Of a stretch of DNA of 64,000 nt, positions 1-8,583 are shown piece after piece (within the stretch, counting starts at the first letter, position 1; every line of letters begins with the position of its first letter). The notes below the pieces were generated by a model. The model saw nothing but the letters and a program-made list of their open reading frames with translations, searched no databases and was not told the DNA's origin. Made by a program: the position numbers and the translations under genes. The stretch is from the NCBI GenBank assembly GCA_963662795.1, contig OY759746.1, forward strand, positions 288,001 to 352,000, in the 5' to 3' direction. This stretch comes from Spirochaetia bacterium. GTDB taxonomy: Bacteria > Spirochaetota > Spirochaetia > CADAEX01.

Positions 1-24
1 CATACTAACTGCTCCTTTATAAAA

Positions 25-1221
25 TTATTTTAACAGCTCAACGGCTGCTTTAAATCTTTTAAGGCCTTCATTTATATTTTCCATTGATGTAGCAAAGGTA
101 AGTCGGATAAAACCAGGATACTGGAAAGCGGTTCCCGGTACTGTTGCTATTTTTCCATTATCCAAAAGGAATTCACATATATCAATTTCATTTTTTAATT
201 TTTTATCGTTAAATGACTTCCCAACAAGGGCACGTACATCGGGGAACACATAAAATGTTCCATCTGGATTATTACAGAAGATACCCTCAATTTCATTTAG
301 TTTTTGGACCATATAGATTTTTCTCTTTTCATATTCCAATCGCATTTCTTCTATAAATGTATAATCCTTAATCAAAGCATCTACAGATACTTTTTGTGTA
401 ATAGTGTTTACATTTCCTGTCACATGAGATTGGAACTTGATCATTGCAGATATAATATCTTTAGGACCAGCAGCAAATCCGAGTCTCCAACCAGTCATGC
501 AATATGTTTTTGAAACAGCATTTACAGTTATAGTTCGTGCAGCAATTTCTTTTCCAAGGGATGCAAGACTTATTGGTTTGTTTTCAAAATAAATACTCTC
601 ATATACTTCATCAGTTATAACCCACATATCTTTTGAAACTATGAATTCAGCAATCTTTTCAAGATCTGCAATGGTAGATATTGCACCAGAAGGATTATTA
701 GGATTATTCAACAGAAGACATTTCATTCCGCTTTGATAATAATCCTTAAGTATTTCAGGACTTAGTCTAAAGTTTTCTTGCGCTTCTGTGGGAATAAAAA
801 CCGGTTCAGCACTGGCAAGCCGTATTTGTTCAAGAAAACTGACATAGCATGGAGTTGGAAGAAGGACTTTATCTCCTTTTTCACATAATGTATAAAAGGC
901 ATTGAACAGTGCTTGTTTTGCACCATTTGTTATTATAACCTGATCCGGCGTATACTCAATATCGTTATCTCTTTTAAATTTTTGACAAACCGCTTCTCTT
1001 AATTCAGCTATTCCCTGTACAGGAGTATATCTCGTGAAATTGTTTTTAATTGCTTTAATTCCCGATTCTTTTAATACAGATGGTGTGTCAAAATCAGGTT
1101 CACCAGTTGCTAAACTTATTACATTTATTCCTTCATTAACCATTTGTTTTGCCTTATTAGCAATTACTATAGTTGCAGAAGGATTTATTCCATCAACTGC
1201 TGTAGAAATTCTTTTGCTCAT
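25..1221 (-). CDS. PLP-dependent class I/II aminotransferase (aspartate aminotransferase-like)
   Basis: Motifs GEPDFDTP, YTPVQG, NNPNNPSG, DEVY and SKTYCMTGWRLG (PLP lysine). Confidence 0.9.
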   Translation of the reverse strand: MSKRISTAVDGINPSATIVIANKAKQMVNEGINVISLATGEPDFDTPSVLKESGIKAIKNNFTRYTPVQGIAELREAVCQKFKRDNDIEYTPDQVIITNGAKQALFNAFYTLCEKGDKVLLPTPCYVSFLEQIRLASAEPVFIPTEAQENFRLSPEILKDYYQSGMKCLLLNNPNNPSGAISTIADLEKIAEFIVSKDMWVITDEVYESIYFENKPISLASLGKEIAARTITVNAVSKTYCMTGWRLGFAAGPKDIISAMIKFQSHVTGNVNTITQKVSVDALIKDYTFIEEMRLEYEKRKIYMVQKLNEIEGIFCNNPDGTFYVFPDVRALVGKSFNDKKLKNEIDICEFLLDNGKIATVPGTAFQYPGFIRLTFATSMENINEGLKRFKAAVELLK

Positions 1222-1232
1222 TGCTTTCCTCT

Positions 1233-2246
1233 TTAAATTAATAATTTTCCATTATCAATAATTACTATTTCTCTTCCATCTTTCATATAAAGGGTTATAG
1301 TTGGGGTTTTCATTATGTTATCGAAATGATATTTTTCACTACGGTTTATACCAAGTCCTTCAGAGTTTCCCATTGCGAAATGAACTCCTCCGGAAACTTT
1401 TTCACAATTTGAAATATTATCATCAAAAACAGCCCAATCATTGCAGCCTATTGATAATTCAGCAATCCACATTCCTATAAAAGATTTTACCCTGTTATCA
1501 GATTTTTTTAAAAGTTCAAGCAACTTCTGCAAATATTTTTCATCTCCCATAACATCAATAATAACACCATCTTTAAAATTCCATTTTATAGGTTCCAGAG
1601 GTTCACCCATTCCGGTAGCTACTCCGTCAATAACCATTATCCCATTAAAAGTCAATTCTTCTGGACAACTCATAACTTCTCCTTCCGGAGCCTGATTCCA
1701 ATAAAATCCATCATTATAAATTGGACTCCTGGGCATAATATTATGAGTATAGAGACTAAAACTCAGATCAGTTCCCAATGATGAAGTAGCTCGCAAATAT
1801 TTGCTGTTTTTTAAAAGATCTTTAATTTTTATTGCTTTATTACGAACAGAATTATTATTAGCAGCGATTCCCTGCAAAAAGTAAATCTCTTTAGGATCAT
1901 ACAAATATACATACTTTGTTTTATTATCCACACATATTTGCTGCAAAGGTCTGTTAAATGTAAAATTCTCCTCACTAATTCTGTTAACCAGATAAATAAC
2001 TGCATCAGAATTTTTTACGGAACCAATTAGAGGATCAGGAACTTTTGTTATCGGCCTGAAAATTTCCGGCAATATAGAATAAGTTACATTGTTGATTTCT
2101 TTTTTTTGTAAGGCTTCCAGTAAAAACCCAGCCATAATGTTCATTGATTCTGAAGCTAAAACCAATACTTTGCTGTTAATATTTAAATCTAAAGTATCTA
2201 GCAAGTTAACTGCTCCATTGATATACTCTTTTCTATTACTTTGCAT
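1233..2246 (-). CDS. M29 (aminopeptidase T / thermophilic metalloprotease)-fold metalloenzyme
   Basis: M29-type metal-ligand motifs PEGEV, IAELSIG, CEKVSGGVHFAMG and HFD; also GTDLSF. Confidence 0.7.
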   Translation of the reverse strand: MQSNRKEYINGAVNLLDTLDLNINSKVLVLASESMNIMAGFLLEALQKKEINNVTYSILPEIFRPITKVPDPLIGSVKNSDAVIYLVNRISEENFTFNRPLQQICVDNKTKYVYLYDPKEIYFLQGIAANNNSVRNKAIKIKDLLKNSKYLRATSSLGTDLSFSLYTHNIMPRSPIYNDGFYWNQAPEGEVMSCPEELTFNGIMVIDGVATGMGEPLEPIKWNFKDGVIIDVMGDEKYLQKLLELLKKSDNRVKSFIGMWIAELSIGCNDWAVFDDNISNCEKVSGGVHFAMGNSEGLGINRSEKYHFDNIMKTPTITLYMKDGREIVIIDNGKLLI

Positions 2247-2408
2247 TTCTTCACCCCTTATTTTTATATTGAAAAAAGTGAACCATCCTCACTTATATAA
2301 TCTTTAATACCACATAGTCCTAATGCCATTCACAAACTAGCCTGATTACTTGAAATTACTTTTTTACCCGTTTCCTTTTCAAGGAGATCAATAATTTCAA
2401 CACATTTT

Positions 2409-3050
2409 CTAACCCTCACTTTTAAAATTCTTTGCCAATACTTCTCTGCTTTTTTTTATATGAAGCCTCATGAAATTTTCAGCTTTTTCCTGATTGCCTG
2501 ATTTAAGAAGGTCAATTATTTGTCTATGTTCATTTAGTGTCTCTGCTGGATCTCTTACTAACCCAATATTAAATGATAATAAACTGATATGGAAATTTGA
2601 AATAATGTCCGAAGTTAACTTTGCCCTACTGTAATCAACAATTTTTTCATGAAAATCTATATCACAATCAACATATTCATCATAATTTGATTCAGATACG
2701 GCTAATTTCATTTTTTGAAATATTTTTTCAAGTTCAAGAAATTCTCTATTTGATGTTCTAAGAGCAGCATATCTTGCGCTTAAACCTGCCGTGACTTCAC
2801 GCAAATCATAAATCTCAAGAATCTCTTCATTTGTATAATTTTTTAAGTAAACACCTTGTCTTGGATGATCTTCCAGAAGTCCATCTTTAACCAGAGCGGT
2901 AAAAGCCTTTTTTACAGTTGTTCTGCTAACTCCAAGCAAATCAGATATATGTTCTTCATTAATTTTTTGTCCAGGCTTAAAATTACGTTTAATAATCATT
3001 TTTCTTAGTTCAAAATAAGTCTGTTCACTTAATGTCTTGCTTAATGCCAT
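2409..3050 (-). CDS. GntR family transcriptional regulator (FCD domain)
   Basis: N-terminal wHTH (LGVSRTTVKKA), EIYDLRE, DIDFHEKI and EHRQII FCD motifs. Confidence 0.9.
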   Translation of the reverse strand: MALSKTLSEQTYFELRKMIIKRNFKPGQKINEEHISDLLGVSRTTVKKAFTALVKDGLLEDHPRQGVYLKNYTNEEILEIYDLREVTAGLSARYAALRTSNREFLELEKIFQKMKLAVSESNYDEYVDCDIDFHEKIVDYSRAKLTSDIISNFHISLLSFNIGLVRDPAETLNEHRQIIDLLKSGNQEKAENFMRLHIKKSREVLAKNFKSEG

Positions 3051-3077
3051 AAAATCCTCTCATTAAATATCGCGTTA

Positions 3078-3138
3078 TTGCATGCAATATATCATCTTTG
3101 CATGCAATTATATTAACTTGCATGCTTTTACTTGTCAA
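3078..3138 (-). promoter_or_regulatory. Sigma70 promoter of gntR overlapped by three TTGCATGC(AA) palindromic operator boxes
   Basis: TTGCATGCAA at 3078 and 3098 and TTGCATGC at 3118 (20-bp period). On the minus strand: TTGACA (3138-3133), 17 bp, TAATAT (3115-3110). Confidence 0.7.
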
Positions 3139-3275
3139 GAATTAATTTATTCTTTTTATTAAATTGCAATTTTCAAAACTATCGAGACAAAATCATATTT
3201 TAAATTTTTCTCACCTATTGCGCAAAGGAGTAAAATATTTAAAAATATCATTATCCAGATACGAAGGAGAATATT

Positions 3276-4370
3276 TTGAAAAAATTAATTGCTGTACTTG
3301 AAGGCGACGGAATAGGTCCTGAAATAATGAAGGAAGGGATCAAGGTTCTTAAAGCGGTAGAGAAAAGATACAACCATGATTTTACTCTTGAATATGCCCC
3401 TTTCGGAGCTTCAGCTTATTTTTCCGAAGGTTCTCCTTTCCCTGATAAAACAAAAAAAACATGTGATGCATCAGATGCCATCATCAAGGGGCCGGTTGGT
3501 ATTTCAGTTGAAAAAATGAACACTATCCCGCAGAAAATGCGCCCGGAAGCCGGAGCCATCCTCCCTTTAAGAAAAAGATACGATACTTTCGCAAACTACA
3601 GGCCGGTAAGACTGCCCGAAGCGCTTGCCCATTTTTCTCCGCTTAAAAAAGAAATAATCGGGAGCGGCGTTGATATCCTGATGATACGGGAACTTGTAGG
3701 CGGCATCTATTTCGGCAAAAAAACCGAAGGTGAAGACAACAACATGAAATTCGCAAGCGATGACTGCGTATATACAGAAGAACAGGTAAGGCGTATTGCT
3801 GTTGTTGCTTTTGAAGAGGCAAAAAAAAGAAAAACCCTTATGACAAATATACATAAATCAAACGTACTTGCGACTTCAAGATTCTGGAATGCGGTTATTG
3901 AAGAGGTAAAACAGGATTACAGGGATATTGAATATAAATCAGTCCTTGTTGACAATGCCGCCTACCAGCTCATGATCAATCCGCGGCAGTTTAACGGAGT
4001 TATGCTTTTTGAAAACATGCAGGGAGACATACTGACAGACCAGGCCGGGGGAATTTTAGGTTCAATGGGGCTTATGCCGTCAGCCTGCATAGGACCTGAA
4101 AAAGGGTATGTGGAGGCAGCCCACGGCTCTGCTCCTGATATAGCGGGGAAAAATATAGCAAACCCCTATTCCATGATTGGAAGTATCGCTTTTCTGTTTG
4201 AAAAAATATTCGCCCTTGAAGAGGAAGGCAGCCTGATCTGGAACTCCCTTTTCCGCCTGTTTGAGGAAGGGTATACGACCTATGAACTTGCCGGCGATAA
4301 AAACGGGGACAAAGTCTTAAGCACCACCGAATTTGGAGACAGAATTGCAGGGTATGTTTCAGGTACCTGA
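3276..4370 (+). CDS. leuB: 3-isopropylmalate dehydrogenase
   Basis: GDGIGPEI, LRKRYDTFANYRP, RELVGGIYFG, HKSNVL and EAAHGSAPDIAGKNIANP; TTG start with AAGGAG SD. Confidence 0.9.
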   Translation: MKKLIAVLEGDGIGPEIMKEGIKVLKAVEKRYNHDFTLEYAPFGASAYFSEGSPFPDKTKKTCDASDAIIKGPVGISVEKMNTIPQKMRPEAGAILPLRKRYDTFANYRPVRLPEALAHFSPLKKEIIGSGVDILMIRELVGGIYFGKKTEGEDNNMKFASDDCVYTEEQVRRIAVVAFEEAKKRKTLMTNIHKSNVLATSRFWNAVIEEVKQDYRDIEYKSVLVDNAAYQLMINPRQFNGVMLFENMQGDILTDQAGGILGSMGLMPSACIGPEKGYVEAAHGSAPDIAGKNIANPYSMIGSIAFLFEKIFALEEEGSLIWNSLFRLFEEGYTTYELAGDKNGDKVLSTTEFGDRIAGYVSGT

Positions 4371-4408
4371 AAATCCGCGAATTTTTTAATTTAATAAATA
4401 TAATCCGC

Positions 4409-4470
4409 TTGCCACACAACATATAGCGTGATATTATTATTCCTGTACTTAAAACTCCTACATATATGGG
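4409..4470 (+). promoter_or_regulatory. nrdR-nrdD operon promoter with tandem NrdR boxes
   Basis: TTGCCA (4409), 17 bp, TGnTATTAT extended -10 (4429-4437). ACACAACATATAGCGT (4414-4429) fits the NrdR-box consensus. A weaker second box CTCCTACATATATGGG starts at 4455, 41 bp later. Confidence 0.75.
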
Positions 4471-4511
4471 GTGATTTGACGATAATTTAAACAAGACAGG
4501 ATGTAAAAAAA

Positions 4512-5063
4512 ATGCTCTGTCCCTATTGCGGCAGTATGGAAGACAAAGTAATAGAATCACGTCAGAATTCAACAGGAACTTCCATAAGACGGCGCAGGGA
4601 ATGCCTTGAATGTAAATACCGGTTTACTTCATATGAGCAGATTGAAGAAAAAAAGCTGATGGTTATAAAGAAAGACGGAAGCCGCGAACCTTTCGAATCC
4701 GTCAAGATAGCAAGAGGCCTTGAAAAATCACTTGAAAAACGTCCTGTCTCAACTGAAAAAGTAGATGAAATGCTTCAGGCTATTGAAGATGAGGCAAACA
4801 TGAAGGGAAAAAACAGCAGGGAAATCACAACCGCAGAAGTGGGAGATCTGGTTCTCAAACATCTTTTTGAAACAGATAAGGTTGCGTATATAAGGTTTGC
4901 CTCTGTTTACAGAATGTTCAGCGATGTAAATGAGTTTATGAACGAAATTGAAAAACTCACAGGAAAACAGAAAAAGAACAAAAGAGGGACCCCCGATGAA
5001 CCTTCGGCTGGTCCCTTTATCCCGGATTTTAAAAATCCGGGGCATACAGACACTTTGCCATAG
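4512..5063 (+). CDS. nrdR: Transcriptional repressor NrdR
   Basis: MLCPYCG...RRRRECLEC Zn ribbon, ATP-cone, DKVAYIRFASVYR; about 30-aa extra C-terminal tail. Confidence 0.95.
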   Translation: MLCPYCGSMEDKVIESRQNSTGTSIRRRRECLECKYRFTSYEQIEEKKLMVIKKDGSREPFESVKIARGLEKSLEKRPVSTEKVDEMLQAIEDEANMKGKNSREITTAEVGDLVLKHLFETDKVAYIRFASVYRMFSDVNEFMNEIEKLTGKQKKNKRGTPDEPSAGPFIPDFKNPGHTDTLP

Positions 5064-5120
5064 GCACGCATTGCGATCGCCGGGGGCATAAGGAATTATT
5101 TTTTTCCAAGTGCCTAAAAA

Positions 5121-7271
5121 ATGACTGCACTCAGGGGGGGGGATGTGGATAGCAGCAATATTGGAGACTGGAAGGAATTTTTAAACCTTGAAGAAGGTAA
5201 AACAGAAAATTCTGCAATGATCAGACAGATTGCTAAACGGGACGGCAAAATTGAAAAATATGACAGGTGGAGGATTGCAAGCGCAATTGGGAGGGCAATC
5301 ACCTCTGTCAGTAACCAGGAAGATACTCAGCTGACAGAAGCTCTTACAGCTAAAACTGAAGAGAAAATCATGGAGCTTATGAAAACCAGACACAGGAATT
5401 CCATTCCTGCTGTCGAGGAAATCCAGGATACCGTAGAAGCCGTCCTGATTGAAGCAAACATTCCGCAGGTCGCGAAATCCTACATTATTTACAGGGCCCG
5501 CCATGAGGCAATGAGAGACACAAAAAAACTCATGCTTGATATCAATACTACTATGGACGGGTATCTGTCACAATCCGACTGGCGTGTAAATGAAAATGCG
5601 AATGTCAATTTTTCACTCGGAGGGCTTATCCTTCATAATTCAGGAACAATAACTGCCAACTACTGGCTTAAAAACATTTATCCTGAAGATGTGGCAACTG
5701 CCCACAGGGAAGCTGATTTTCATATACACGACCTTTCAATGTTTTCAGGCTACTGCGCCGGCTGGTCTCTGAGGCAGCTGATAAAAGAAGGACTTGGAGG
5801 GGTACCAGACAAGATCACTTCAAAACCGGCCAGGCATCTTTCCACACTGATACAGCAGATCGTAAATTTTCTGGGAATCATGCAGAACGAATGGGCAGGG
5901 GCGCAGGCCCTTTCAAGCTTTGATACATATCTTGCCCCGTTTATAAAAATCGACAATCTCTCTGACGAACAGACAAAGCAGAGCCTCCAGAGTTTTGTTT
6001 TCGGGGTAAATACACCGTCAAGATGGGGAAGCCAGGCGCCGTTTACCAATATTACCCTCGACTGGATTGTTCCTGACGATCTTAAAAATGTTAAGGCAAC
6101 TGTCGGCGGTGTTGAGCTTGATTTTACCTACGGCGATTGCCAGGAGGAGATGAACAGGATCAACAAGTGCTTTATTGAGCTTATGCTGCACGGAGACGCC
6201 AACGGAAGGGGGTTTCAGTATCCGATTCCGACATACAATATCACTAAATCTTTCGACTGGGAGACGGATAATGCAAGACTGCTTTTTGAAATGACGGCAA
6301 AATACGGGACACCGTATTTCCAGAATTTCATCAACAGCAGCCTTAATCCGGAAGACGTAAGATCAATGTGCTGCCGGCTTCAGCTCGACAAAAGGGAACT
6401 CAGGAAACGGGGCGGCGGCCTTTTCGGCTCGGATGAATTTACAGGCTCTATCGGAGTTGTAACAATCAACCTTCCAAGGATCGGCTATCTCGCAGGTTCA
6501 AAGTCCGACTTTTACCGCCGCCTTACAGACCTGATGGATACCGCGGCAAAGTCGCTAACAATCAAGCGCAAGGTAATTAACCGCCTTATGCAGTCGGGAC
6601 TTTTCCCCTATACAAAAAGATATCTTCAGCATCTCGACAATCATTTTTCCACAATCGGAATAACAGGGATGAACGAGTGCCTTCTCAATTTCATGGGAAA
6701 GGATATTACGACAGAAGAAGGGAAACAATTCGCACTTGATATACTTGACTTCATGAGAGAGCACCTGTCGCTTCTGCAGGAGAAAACAGGAAACCTTTTC
6801 AACCTTGAGGCAACACCTGCGGAAAGCACCAGCTACCGGCTGGCAAAACACGACAAAAAAAAATATCCTGATATTATTGCATCCGGCGATAAGGACCCGT
6901 ATTACACAAACTCAACATGGCTTCCTGTTAACTATACAGAGGATATTTTTGATGCACTTGATCACCAGGATGAGCTGCAGGCAAGATATACAGGGGGGAC
7001 GGTATTCCACGGATTTATAGGGGAAGCGCTTGATGACTGGAAATCGTGCAGGGAGCTTGTAAAGGCAATAGCAGAAAATTACAAACTGCCCTACTTTACA
7101 ATTTCACCGACTTTTTCCGTGTGCCCGGTACACGGGTATCTTTCTGGAGAGCATTTCAACTGCCCTAAATGCATGGATGAAGAAAAAGCAGGAATTACGG
7201 AAGAAATCAACAGATTAAAAACAGAAAAAGATAAAATTCAAAAAGAAATGATAAATCAGGAGGGGGAATAA
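5121..7271 (+). CDS. nrdD: Class III (anaerobic) ribonucleoside-triphosphate reductase, large catalytic part lacking the glycyl-radical domain
   Basis: ATP-cone (IAKRDG), HIHDL, GYCAGWSL, finger loop RSMCCRL, NLEATPAE, YTGGTVFH and Zn site CPVH...CPKC; no RxxGY motif. The start may be GTG 5145. Confidence 0.9.
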   Translation: MTALRGGDVDSSNIGDWKEFLNLEEGKTENSAMIRQIAKRDGKIEKYDRWRIASAIGRAITSVSNQEDTQLTEALTAKTEEKIMELMKTRHRNSIPAVEEIQDTVEAVLIEANIPQVAKSYIIYRARHEAMRDTKKLMLDINTTMDGYLSQSDWRVNENANVNFSLGGLILHNSGTITANYWLKNIYPEDVATAHREADFHIHDLSMFSGYCAGWSLRQLIKEGLGGVPDKITSKPARHLSTLIQQIVNFLGIMQNEWAGAQALSSFDTYLAPFIKIDNLSDEQTKQSLQSFVFGVNTPSRWGSQAPFTNITLDWIVPDDLKNVKATVGGVELDFTYGDCQEEMNRINKCFIELMLHGDANGRGFQYPIPTYNITKSFDWETDNARLLFEMTAKYGTPYFQNFINSSLNPEDVRSMCCRLQLDKRELRKRGGGLFGSDEFTGSIGVVTINLPRIGYLAGSKSDFYRRLTDLMDTAAKSLTIKRKVINRLMQSGLFPYTKRYLQHLDNHFSTIGITGMNECLLNFMGKDITTEEGKQFALDILDFMREHLSLLQEKTGNLFNLEATPAESTSYRLAKHDKKKYPDIIASGDKDPYYTNSTWLPVNYTEDIFDALDHQDELQARYTGGTVFHGFIGEALDDWKSCRELVKAIAENYKLPYFTISPTFSVCPVHGYLSGEHFNCPKCMDEEKAGITEEINRLKTEKDKIQKEMINQEGE

Positions 7272-7798
7272 TGGAAAGGCTGCAGCAGATCGACGAGCAG
7301 ATAAAGGCACTTGAGGAAAAACGCTCAGCAGTTACAGGAACAGAAACAGAAGTTTATACAAGGATTGTAGGATACTACAGGGCTGTAAAAAACTGGAACA
7401 AGGGCAAGAGGGAAGAATACAGACACAGGATTTGTTTCTCAAGTCTTGAGCATAACAGGACAAACAGCATTGAAAAAAATACACTGCCGGAAAACAACGC
7501 TACAAAGGTTGTTGTTTTTGAAAACGCAGACAGGGAAAACATCACTTCATATTACTGTTTCTACAGGAAAACCTGTCCCAACTGTCCGTCTGTTAAAAAA
7601 TATATTGATAAACTCGGGATAAGAGGTGAATTTATTGATGCTGATACTCCTGAAGGGGCAATCATGGCAGTGGAAAGACAGGTTCTTTCTGTTCCGACCG
7701 TGATTTTTACCAACAGTCTGGACAAGGAAGTTGCACGGGCAAAAAACGTGCATGAAATCAGGGAAATACTGCCTGCCGCCCTGGTTTGCGCAGTTTAA
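7271..7798 (+). CDS. Stand-alone NrdD glycyl-radical domain fused to a thioredoxin/glutaredoxin-like (CPNC) domain
   Basis: EVYTRIVGYYRAVKNWNKGKREEY matches the NrdD C-terminus. FYRKTCPNCPSVK...VLSVPTVIF is a Trx-fold motif pair with cis-Pro. TAATG overlap with nrdD and an AGGAGG SD. Confidence 0.85.
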   Translation: MERLQQIDEQIKALEEKRSAVTGTETEVYTRIVGYYRAVKNWNKGKREEYRHRICFSSLEHNRTNSIEKNTLPENNATKVVVFENADRENITSYYCFYRKTCPNCPSVKKYIDKLGIRGEFIDADTPEGAIMAVERQVLSVPTVIFTNSLDKEVARAKNVHEIREILPAALVCAV

Positions 7799-7887
7799 TT
7801 GCCGACAAAATCTCTCCCGGTCCGGTGATGGTATTCACGCGGCCTTTCCGGATCGGGTATTACCTCAGGTAAGCTTATATATCTATT

Positions 7888-8583
7888 ATGCCAATAAACA
7901 AAGCAGGATTTTTAAAGACAACCCTGATCGATTATCCGGGAAAAATCGCAAGCACACTGTTTCTTCCCGGGTGCAATCTAAGGTGTCCGTTCTGCCACAA
8001 CAGGGATCTTGTGCTTGGAGGAAAAGACAACCTCCTCCCGATTGAGGAAATACTTAGGTTTTTAAATAAAAGGAAAAACATTATTCAGGGAGTCTGCATA
8101 TCAGGCGGAGAGCCCCTTATCCATAACGATCTGCCGGATCTGATACGTGAAATAAGAAAAACCGGGGTAAAAATAAAAATCGACACCAACGGCCTGTTGC
8201 CTGAGAAACTGGCTGATATTTCACCCGACTATATCTCAATGGATATTAAGACATCGCCTTTAAAATACAATCTGCTTCTCGAAGGCATCGAGGCAGGAAA
8301 AACTGAAAAACTATTAAGGGAATCTGTAAAACTGATTATTGAAAGCGGAGTTGATCATGAATTCAGGACAACGCTTGTGCCGGGAATTGTCGACATTGAT
8401 GATATTGAAGTAATAGCGGAAATAGCAAACGGGTGTAAAAGGTTCACATTAAACAAATACAGACCGCAGAATACGCTTGACCCCTCTTATGAGAAGATAA
8501 TCCCCTTTACAGAGAATCAGTACAGATCTTTTTCAGAAGCTTTTGAAAAATCCGGAATAAAAGCTGTTTTCAGAGGCCTTTAA
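7888..8583 (+). CDS. nrdG: Anaerobic RNR activating radical SAM enzyme
   Basis: TLIDYPGK, GCNLRCPFCHN (CxxxCxxC), SGGEP, DTNG and EFRTT; in the nrdD operon. Confidence 0.9.
   Translation: MPINKAGFLKTTLIDYPGKIASTLFLPGCNLRCPFCHNRDLVLGGKDNLLPIEEILRFLNKRKNIIQGVCISGGEPLIHNDLPDLIREIRKTGVKIKIDTNGLLPEKLADISPDYISMDIKTSPLKYNLLLEGIEAGKTEKLLRESVKLIIESGVDHEFRTTLVPGIVDIDDIEVIAEIANGCKRFTLNKYRPQNTLDPSYEKIIPFTENQYRSFSEAFEKSGIKAVFRGL

Noticed and set aside
5134-5142. G9 tract at the nrdD 5' end as a phase-variation switch
   Set aside because: It most likely serves as the SD for GTG 5145. Similar G-rich RBSs occur at metH and elsewhere, and there is no evidence of length variation.
7180-7330. The nrdD split as a sequencing frameshift or pseudogene
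   Set aside because: There is a strong SD, a TAATG stop/start coupling, and about 50 extra helix-forming residues spread over both sides of the break. A single indel would not create these.
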